IMG/VR virus record: IMGVR_UViG_3300008262_006988
Source: a virus
Reading direction: 5' to 3' (one strand)
Length of the DNA: 64,000 nucleotides
In this document: positions 57,343 to 64,000 of the stretch, piece by piece
Position numbering within the stretch: the first letter of the stretch is position 1
Layout: every line of letters starts with the position of its first letter
Translations under genes and position numbers: made by a program
Notes under the pieces: generated by a model
Seen by the model: only the letters and a program-made list of their open reading frames with translations
What the model was told of the DNA's origin: nothing
Database searches by the model: none

Positions 57343-59052
57343 TTAATATAGTGGTTTCCACCCTTCACTCTCTAAAGTCAACATCTCTGCATTTTCTTCA
57401 AGGTTTTCATCAAAAAGTATAGGTAGCGGTGGTGCTGCTTCATCACTATTTTGTTGATTACTATACATTGATGTAGGGTTTATGAAATATTTAATACCGT
57501 AATCTAATGTTCGTATTTTTAATGGTCTTTTATTATCATCATATTCTTCTATCTCAAAATATTTTTCAACTAATTCATTTTCTAATATAATAAGAGCCCA
57601 TATAAGACTCATTACTCTATCATCATGAATATCGGTCCCTGGTTTTGCAGACCACGTGCCGTTTGGATATCTTACAAAGTTTTTTAATTCGTTTAATGTG
57701 CGAATATCGTGTATCCGCACACTTTTTAGCTCGTTTACAAAATATCTCATATTAGTAACACCTTTATATTTGGTATTTGTATGAGCTACGATACCTATTT
57801 TATTAAAAGATAGATTACCTGCCTTAACGCCGTAACTTACGATATTCTCATAGTTATGTGTATGCTTTAACTGATCTACTACTTGCGCACCGCAGTTATT
57901 TCTTTCAATTAATGCAGGTGGTGACCCCCAGTGTTGTAATATTTCGTGTAATTTTGTAGTAAAATTAAAGGGGCTTATAGTTTTATCATGATAAACGGCG
58001 ACTTGTCTAATATTTTGTAATTCGGTTATATCTAATACCTGAACAACACTAGCTGCTTCACCAACACCCTCACTTACGTCGACGCCTGCTACATATAATC
58101 TGTCACTTTTTGGTTCATCCCAAAGCAGATACTTACCTTCGTCATATACCAATGTAGGGTCGCAGCAATCTGCACGTAATTCCTCAAATAATTTTTCATC
58201 TACCGCACTTTCACCTGTTTCAACAAAAACATTACCAAATTCTTGATCAAATGCTTCACGATTTCCTAAAGATCTAATAGTTTTTTCTTTCCATACCTCA
58301 TCACGTCCGGGTACATCCCACCAATCAACACGTTCTGCGTGCCAATCATTTTTACCTTCTGTTGCTTCAGAATAAAGTTTGTGAAATAAATTGCCTGTAC
58401 CCTTTGGTGTTGAAGCTACAAATATTTTTGATTTTTTGGATGAAGAAATAATAGGGTAAACAGAGTTCCAAAAGTCTTCAACAAGGTGATTATCAATAAA
58501 CGCAAGCTCATCAAGAATTAGACAGTTACAGCTGTCACCACGACCTGCATCACTACTTGTAGTAGATATACCTATACTTGACCCGTTTGCCAATGACATA
58601 GATGTTTTACCATACTCTAAAACACCTGGTTTTAAGTAATTGGGTAGTTTTTCATATGCAGTACGTACCCGTTTAAAAATATTCATAGCAGTTACTTCTT
58701 TGTTAGCTACAATTAATGTACGCTGATCTTCAAAAAAGCATGAATTCCATAATGCATAAATAGTCATAAGTGTTGTTTTACCTATCTGTCTACTTGCAAG
58801 TAATACAACAAACCTACTATCTCTTAAAGCACGCAATATTCTTTTTTGAAATGGATGAAGTTCAATTTTTATTTTACCGCGATCGAGGTTTGTAATATAA
58901 AAAAAATTTTCCGCAAAATATAATATGTTTTTTCTACATTTTTCTATATCAATTACCCACTCCGGGTGATCTGCATAATCAAATGTAGCATCTGGTGTCG
59001 GTAACTGCTCGTTACCTAAATAGTATTCTTTTTTTTGTTTTTTAGTCGCCAT
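57343..59052 (-). CDS. Terminase large subunit (gp17-like)
   Basis: SRQIGKTT, LILDELAF, STPKG, FDQEF, GVDVSEG, IERN, HDDRVMSL. Confidence 0.97.
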   Translation of the reverse strand: MATKKQKKEYYLGNEQLPTPDATFDYADHPEWVIDIEKCRKNILYFAENFFYITNLDRGKIKIELHPFQKRILRALRDSRFVVLLASRQIGKTTLMTIYALWNSCFFEDQRTLIVANKEVTAMNIFKRVRTAYEKLPNYLKPGVLEYGKTSMSLANGSSIGISTTSSDAGRGDSCNCLILDELAFIDNHLVEDFWNSVYPIISSSKKSKIFVASTPKGTGNLFHKLYSEATEGKNDWHAERVDWWDVPGRDEVWKEKTIRSLGNREAFDQEFGNVFVETGESAVDEKLFEELRADCCDPTLVYDEGKYLLWDEPKSDRLYVAGVDVSEGVGEAASVVQVLDITELQNIRQVAVYHDKTISPFNFTTKLHEILQHWGSPPALIERNNCGAQVVDQLKHTHNYENIVSYGVKAGNLSFNKIGIVAHTNTKYKGVTNMRYFVNELKSVRIHDIRTLNELKNFVRYPNGTWSAKPGTDIHDDRVMSLIWALIILENELVEKYFEIEEYDDNKRPLKIRTLDYGIKYFINPTSMYSNQQNSDEAAPPLPILFDENLEENAEMLTLESEGWKPLY

Positions 59053-59070
59053 ATATATAAGTATATATAC

Positions 59071-59925
59071 ATGAACTTAACTCGTACAATGGAACAGCTC
59101 GGTGAGCTATATGAAGAAAAAGTAACTTTACCAAAAGATACGTTTCAGGTTGAAACTTCGAAAAAAGCTGCACCTGCAAAAGGTAAAGGCAAAAAGCCTT
59201 TTGTATCATCACCGTCTGGCCCTGCAGAAGCTGAAGGTATTAAGGAAGAAACTATAGATCCTAAAACCTCAAAAAAGAATAACTTCTTTGAGCCTAAAAA
59301 ATTTTCTCAAAATAATGAAAAAACAGAAACACAAAATATAAATAATTTTATGAACAAATCTATTTTTGATAAGCTTTACGAGGATGTAATGTCTGAACGC
59401 CTCGATGATACAGAAGTTAATGATGCTGAGGCTCTCGGCTTGCCTGGTGAAGGCGAAGGCGAGGGTGAGATGGAAGGTGAAGATACTGTCACACTTACCA
59501 TGGATCGTGAAACAGCACAAAAATTACATGATCTTTTAATGGGTGTTCTCGGTGGCGAAGAAGAGCCAGCCGTTGAAGAAGAGCCTGAAATGGGCGGTGA
59601 GATGAGTGAAGACGCTGAAGAAAAAGACGAAGAAGAAGAAGTTGATGATGAAGATAGCGACACACTCGGTGAAGCAACAGATATTAAAGAGCTTAAAGGT
59701 AAAGGTGAATCCTTACAGAGCAAAAATAACAAGGTCGGCGATGTAACTGGTAAGCTCACATCAAAAGGTGGCGGAGAAGGAAAAGTAACTGATGAAGTAA
59801 GCTCAAAGAGCACTGGTAAGCATGCCATTGTCTCAGATACAGATTCCGGCAACCTCAAGGGTAAGAATAATAAAGTTGCCGGTAAGGCATCAAAGGTCGG
59901 CGAATATCTCGCTGGTCTCAAGTAA
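59071..59925 (+). CDS. Acidic/Lys-rich late protein, putative prohead core or internal protein
   Basis: ATG 59071 after TATAAGTA; Glu-rich centre, Gly/Lys-rich end; internal late promoter. Confidence 0.6.
   Translation: MNLTRTMEQLGELYEEKVTLPKDTFQVETSKKAAPAKGKGKKPFVSSPSGPAEAEGIKEETIDPKTSKKNNFFEPKKFSQNNEKTETQNINNFMNKSIFDKLYEDVMSERLDDTEVNDAEALGLPGEGEGEGEMEGEDTVTLTMDRETAQKLHDLLMGVLGGEEEPAVEEEPEMGGEMSEDAEEKDEEEEVDDEDSDTLGEATDIKELKGKGESLQSKNNKVGDVTGKLTSKGGGEGKVTDEVSSKSTGKHAIVSDTDSGNLKGKNNKVAGKASKVGEYLAGLK
59337..59344 (+). promoter_or_regulatory. Intragenic late promoter TATAAATA before in-frame ATG 59350
   Basis: Exact consensus with the canonical 5-nt gap. Confidence 0.6.
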
Positions 59926-59946
59926 GATAAATAAAAAATAGATTAT

Positions 59947-59981
59947 AAAGAGCCTTATTTTCGAATAAGGCTCTTTTTTTT
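59947..59981 (+). terminator. Rho-independent terminator with UUCG loop
   Basis: aaagagccttatt-ttcg-aataaggctcttt followed by a T run. Confidence 0.9.
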
Positions 59982-59982
59982 G

Positions 59983-59990
59983 TATAAATA
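59983..59990 (+). promoter_or_regulatory. T4-type late promoter TATAAATA
   Basis: Exact; 5 nt before GTG 59996. Confidence 0.75.
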
Positions 59991-59995
59991 TTTCT

Positions 59996-60325
59996 GTGAA
60001 TTTTAAAGACTATTTTAATACGAAGAGTGTTGAGCCGACAAAGAAACGACATATGCATCCTATAGGTCGCGATGTTTCATCACATCCACAATCACCGGGT
60101 AAATTTGTACCTGATATGCATCGTACTATACATAAGAATCAAAAGCTTAACACTCTCATGAAGCAGCAATCAGGTAAGGCAGTTTTGAGTAAAAAAGATA
60201 TAGCACAAATTGAAGGTGAATTTCCGCCTTTGAGATTTGACCCTAATAAACCCAAAAAGATAGGTAATACAGGTGTTACACTACGGTTTGATGCTTCTAT
60301 GAATAGACCTATTATTGAAAAATAA
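59996..60325 (+). CDS. Small basic late protein
   Basis: MNFKDYF start; own late promoter. Confidence 0.6.
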   Translation: MNFKDYFNTKSVEPTKKRHMHPIGRDVSSHPQSPGKFVPDMHRTIHKNQKLNTLMKQQSGKAVLSKKDIAQIEGEFPPLRFDPNKPKKIGNTGVTLRFDASMNRPIIEK

Positions 60326-60330
60326 ACACA

Positions 60331-61068
60331 ATGGAGACAAAAGATTATTATACAGGCGGTATTGAGACAAGTGTATATCCTATGTCTTTTCAGGATAACG
60401 AGTGTTTTCGTATTACTGATAAAGATAATAATGAGTCAGAGCGCTTACTTGTATCAAATTACTGGCGTGAATTAATAAATCTTTACGGTCAAAAAATTAA
60501 TTATTACGTTAATAATTTCGCTCTATCATCTGCAGATTTATTGTATGGTGAAGAGCCATTACAAAAATTCTCACCACCTGTTGCAATATTGGCGGCTGTC
60601 AATCTTAATGATAATGCTTTAATGTTGAGTAAGTACGGTCTTCTTTCAGAAGATGAACTAACAGCATTTATTCATATAAGTGGGTTTTACGCTACCTTCG
60701 GTTACGATAAGGAGCCAAAATCAGGTGATGTGTTTCAGTTAATTGAATATGGTAGAGATAGACCAGGTGGACGTGATGGTAAGTTTTTTGAAATAACGGA
60801 GCGACTTGATGAAGATGTCGCACAAATAAATGCACTCGCCGGTCATTATGTCTGGTTGATTAAAGGTAAACGATTTGAGACATCGTTTGAGCCGGGGTTA
60901 TCAGCTGACGCTGTTAATAATCAGGTATATGATGATACAAAGAATACTTCTTTGACGGCGATGTCGGGTGCAAATAAGCCTTACTCGTTCAATGTCGATG
61001 TTGAGTCTAAGACCATTTTTGATTATTCAAAAACTGATTATAGCGACGTTTACGGTGGATATTATTAA
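60331..61068 (+). CDS. Neck protein (T4 gp14-like)
   Basis: ELINLYGQKINY..LYGEEPLQKF..KYGL..EDELTAFI..PKSGD. Confidence 0.75.
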   Translation: METKDYYTGGIETSVYPMSFQDNECFRITDKDNNESERLLVSNYWRELINLYGQKINYYVNNFALSSADLLYGEEPLQKFSPPVAILAAVNLNDNALMLSKYGLLSEDELTAFIHISGFYATFGYDKEPKSGDVFQLIEYGRDRPGGRDGKFFEITERLDEDVAQINALAGHYVWLIKGKRFETSFEPGLSADAVNNQVYDDTKNTSLTAMSGANKPYSFNVDVESKTIFDYSKTDYSDVYGGYY

Positions 61069-61340
61069 GTGTCGGTACTTCTACTATAAAAAGCATCGTA
61101 ATCCGGCACTCGCTCATTTCGGTAAATACCTATCATCTTATCTGCTTCTCTGCAACTACTAAACGGTATTTTTACCCTATTGCGCTGTGTATCAACAAAT
61201 GTATAAATAAGCCCGTTCTCTTCTTTCTCGATTTTTAGAATAAAATAAGTAGTACCGGGTATCAGTTTTTCACCCGTCTGTGTTTGTCGTATTCTTAACT
61301 GTGAATTAACTGTGAATTGTGTACCGGTAATGTAGTGCAT
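61065..61340 (-). CDS. Small beta-rich hypothetical protein
   Basis: 91-aa ORF in the minus-strand run. Confidence 0.55.
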   Translation of the reverse strand: MHYITGTQFTVNSQLRIRQTQTGEKLIPGTTYFILKIEKEENGLIYTFVDTQRNRVKIPFSSCREADKMIGIYRNERVPDYDAFYSRSTDT

Positions 61341-61552
61341 GTAAAGTCAATTTGATCATCATTTTGTTCGAGAATCTCAAGTTCACACTTCATAGATTCA
61401 TATCGTTCTGTAATATATTTTTGAAAAGCAAGCGGCTTAATCCAATCCATATCTTCATTCTGCAAGCGGTGACCGAGCTGTTTCATTTTACCTGAAACAA
61501 TGTCGACAGCTTCAAGTAGACAAAGCCAACGTGTATATTCATTTTTCGACAT
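61295..61552 (-). CDS. Hypothetical protein (likely start MSKNEY; ORF extends to 61648)
   Basis: Helical; WIKPLAFQKYITERYESM. Confidence 0.55.
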   Translation of the reverse strand: MSKNEYTRWLCLLEAVDIVSGKMKQLGHRLQNEDMDWIKPLAFQKYITERYESMKCELEILEQNDDQIDFTCTTLPVHNSQLIHS

Positions 61553-61556
61553 TGTC

Positions 61557-62021
61557 TCACTGCCCTTTGATGTATTTATTGTTATGTGCTCGTTTGAGTG
61601 TTTCTGTTGCATACCCGAGTAATATACATGAAATATCCTGTACGTCAATATTTTTTTCGTCGACAGATAAAGTTTCTGTCGCTACATATAGAGTTTCAAA
61701 AAAAGATATTATTGTTTTTTGAGCATTTTCATATATTGAAATAGCTAGTAATCTTTCTTTATCATCAGTTATATTTTTTTTAAATGCTGAAATTATAGTA
61801 TTAATATACAATAAAATAATATTTTTTAAAAATAAGTTGTACGTTGTTGATGCTTTATAAAATGTATAACCTTCATCAAATTTTTTTGCTTGATCAATAG
61901 TTAAAAATTGCTTCAATTGCATTGTGAGTCGATCGTAGTCGACAGCTTCAGGCTGCAATTTTTGCGAAAAAATATCGTTAGGTTTTTCCGTCGTAATATT
62001 AGCTATACTATTTGGTATCAT
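61557..62021 (-). CDS. Hypothetical helical protein
   Basis: 154-aa ORF overlapping the upstream gene end. Confidence 0.55.
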   Translation of the reverse strand: MIPNSIANITTEKPNDIFSQKLQPEAVDYDRLTMQLKQFLTIDQAKKFDEGYTFYKASTTYNLFLKNIILLYINTIISAFKKNITDDKERLLAISIYENAQKTIISFFETLYVATETLSVDEKNIDVQDISCILLGYATETLKRAHNNKYIKGQ

Positions 62022-62430
62022 CTATTTTCGGTATGCTAATTTTTTGTGTACTTGTCTCAAGTATAGGTTGAGTTGCAAGAGCCGTGTCAATATTAATATA
62101 TACTTTAATAAGTTTTTGGCAAGTAACGCATGTATACTGATTGTCAGTGTTAAATCTTAGTGGAACGATTTGCTTGTGATTCGCAGAACATGGACACGTT
62201 ACCTCGGTTGTCTGGAAGCTAAGTTCTTTGAGCTGCTCGAGTTCTATTTTACGTACCCGTAAAATAGTAATACTATCGACAATATAATTAAACCCGTTAT
62301 ATAATGCAAATTGTATAACAAGACTAGTAATTACTGATACAAATATATTTACACCAACAGTTACAAAGAAAAGTGTAATAGCCGATGTTATTGTAATAAG
62401 CAGTAAAAGCTGCTTTATAAGTGTTTTCAC
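62008..62430 (-). CDS. Membrane protein with C-terminal Zn-ribbon
   Basis: Two N-terminal hydrophobic helices; CPC..CVTC. Confidence 0.65.
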   Translation of the reverse strand: MKTLIKQLLLLITITSAITLFFVTVGVNIFVSVITSLVIQFALYNGFNYIVDSITILRVRKIELEQLKELSFQTTEVTCPCSANHKQIVPLRFNTDNQYTCVTCQKLIKVYINIDTALATQPILETSTQKISIPKIDDTK

Positions 62431-62439
62431 ACAATTAAC

Positions 62440-62841
62440 TTAAGAAACAGGTGGCGCTTTTTCAACTCTTTCTTTTGCTTTAGCAAAATAAGAATTTAAC
62501 TCAAAAAGTGATTTTTTTAAAGCGGTAATAATCTCAGTAATTTCTTCCTCCATTTGTTTATTTTGCTTTATTGCAGGATTTTTAAGAGCATTTTTAAACA
62601 TTGTAAGTGCATTTGATGTACCGATAATTAAGTCACCAAAAATTGAGACAGTGTTTGGAAGCGGGTATGGCATAACATTACCCGCTTTTGCAGTGTTAGG
62701 GCTTTGCGACTCGTGGTCTTTATTCGCATTTACTATATCTTTAAATTTTAACTGCTGTGTGCCAAACTCTTTTCCAGCAATACCTTGTACCCATTTATTA
62801 TAGTACATTGTAGCATCTTCAAATAACAGCTTATTTTTCAC
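62440..62841 (-). CDS. Late hypothetical protein
   Basis: ATTAAATA 5 nt before GTG; MKNKLLFED. Confidence 0.6.
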   Translation of the reverse strand: MKNKLLFEDATMYYNKWVQGIAGKEFGTQQLKFKDIVNANKDHESQSPNTAKAGNVMPYPLPNTVSIFGDLIIGTSNALTMFKNALKNPAIKQNKQMEEEITEIITALKKSLFELNSYFAKAKERVEKAPPVS

Positions 62842-62846
62842 AAAAA

Positions 62847-62868
62847 TATTTAATACGTTGTATAAATA
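62847..62868. promoter_or_regulatory. Back-to-back divergent late promoters
   Basis: Minus ATTAAATA (62847-62854) and plus TATAAATA (62861-62868), each 5 nt from its start codon. Confidence 0.7.
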
Positions 62869-62873
62869 ATTAT

Positions 62874-63272
62874 ATGAGTTTGTTTAGCAAAAAATTTAAT
62901 TATATACTCGAAGCTGATGAAGAGCCACAACCAGCGCCTGCTAGTGATCGTGAAGCGATGGCTCAACAACTTGATACAGCAAGACCAAGTGATTTTGATG
63001 TACAGCAAGCAGGAAGAGCGCAATTAGTAGATCAACATAAAGCTAATCAAATTAAGCAACTCGATGAATGGATTGCGCAGCTCGATTCCTTTATTGAATT
63101 TTTAAACGGTACATCGCCAGAGTCTATTCAGTCAAAATTACATGAAGCTCCTTGCGAAACTATCTTTCAAGACATTGCACGTAGTGAAAAGAAAAAAATC
63201 TCACGTCTTGCTGCTGAATTAAGCTCGTTAAGTGAATCATTCAAAGGATACAAAATATCCGCTAACGATTAA
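62874..63272 (+). CDS. Late helical protein, putative head-internal
   Basis: MSLFSKKFNYILEAD; exact late box. Confidence 0.6.
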   Translation: MSLFSKKFNYILEADEEPQPAPASDREAMAQQLDTARPSDFDVQQAGRAQLVDQHKANQIKQLDEWIAQLDSFIEFLNGTSPESIQSKLHEAPCETIFQDIARSEKKKISRLAAELSSLSESFKGYKISAND

Positions 63273-64000
63273 TATTACTGAGCATTAATTTTGCTTTTAT
63301 ACCTGAAAAACTGTTCTTAATAAAAAGTGATGGTTGTATTTCATACCTGTCACAGGCAATACAAAGATCGTTTATGTCTTTAAATTGTCTCCCTATCTGC
63401 TCAGGCCATATAAATACTGTTTCACCTTGATCAATTAAAATTTCTGTTTTTTTGTGACTAGCATTATCTAACCACTGACTATCTAAGACCCATATCTTTT
63501 TATACAGTCTAAAAAGTGACAATTGTTGTTCTTGTAGAACAGTGAATGTCTTGCTGCTTTTCTCTTGGATGCCTGCAACGGCTGTTGCATTACGTACAAA
63601 GAAAGCATCGATAGGTCCTTCAAAAATAAAAATATAATCTAATGATGGGTCAATTTTATTAATATTGAATAAAGATCTTTCCCCGTTTATTTTACCGAGA
63701 TACTTTGGTCTGAGGTATGTATCTTTTTCATATATAGCTCTTGTCTGGTAAAAGATAATATCACCATCTTCGTTGTAAAATGGTATAATGATGCGGTTCT
63801 TATGTACTTTATCTGTTAAAGAGAGCCAAAGAGTATCAGGTCTGTTTACTGCCTTATCAATACGTCTCTCCTTTATAAGCTTTAATGCATCAGTTACTAC
63901 TTTATTCTTGTTATAAAAGTGTAGCTGACTCTCATCATATAGGTTAATGCTATCAAGCGGCAACACGTGTTGATAGGTCTTCGTAGGCTCAATATCACTT
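63262..64000 (-). CDS. DNA primase (gp61-like), 5'-truncated
   Basis: RIIIPFYN..FYQTRA..PKYL, Toprim FEGPIDAFF, VLD, KDIND; frame open to the window end. Confidence 0.9.
   Translation of the reverse strand, partial: SDIEPTKTYQHVLPLDSINLYDESQLHFYNKNKVVTDALKLIKERRIDKAVNRPDTLWLSLTDKVHKNRIIIPFYNEDGDIIFYQTRAIYEKDTYLRPKYLGKINGERSLFNINKIDPSLDYIFIFEGPIDAFFVRNATAVAGIQEKSSKTFTVLQEQQLSLFRLYKKIWVLDSQWLDNASHKKTEILIDQGETVFIWPEQIGRQFKDINDLCIACDRYEIQPSLFIKNSFSGIKAKLMLSNINR

Noticed and set aside
57343-59052. Intein or intron in the terminase or other core genes
   Set aside because: Lengths are normal and motifs contiguous; no splice or homing-endonuclease motifs were seen
59376-59921. 181-aa Ser/Pro-rich minus-strand ORF and similar antisense ORFs (4711-5112, 50662-51123)
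   Set aside because: Shadows of biased codons in the real opposite-strand genes
1-64000. Stop-codon reassignment
   Set aside because: Core genes (terminase, sheath, gp6, clamp loader) are full length in the standard code and coding density is near complete
1-64000. tRNA or structured ncRNA genes
   Set aside because: Intergenic gaps are nearly all under 70 bp and AT-rich; no cloverleaf was seen, though a covariance search was not run

Overview
The whole window is a gene-dense, AT-rich (about one-third GC by eye) segment of a large T4-like contractile-tailed phage read in the standard code. It starts inside a LamG-domain virion gene and ends inside a gp61-like primase. Layout: (1) 1-7.3 kb, plus-strand tail-fibre module; (2) 7.3-22.7 kb, accessory region dominated by glycan-synthesis enzymes: GT32, an AsnB-like amidotransferase, five tandem GT29 sialyltransferase-like paralogues, a GT8-like enzyme, a GT10-like enzyme, two radical SAM/SPASM enzymes, and twin 4-Cys proteins with a DUF1360-like membrane protein, plus small nucleotide-metabolism genes; (3) 22.9-39.6 kb, minus-strand baseplate operon ending in Trp/Asn-repeat fibres, adaptors, a DUF285 LRR protein and a fibre-anchored esterase; (4) clamp loader and dUTPase; (5) 42-59 kb, minus-strand terminase, tail and hub operon; (6) 59-64 kb, putative head-internal proteins, neck gp14 and primase. 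Two promoter classes are visible: T4-type late boxes (core TAAATA), mostly 5-6 nt before the start codon, which implies leaderless mRNAs, and TTGATT-N16/17-TA(T)AAT sigma70-type promoters. The best candidate for an undescribed system is the glycosylation cluster with its GT29 array. All family calls come from motif recognition by eye; no searches were run.
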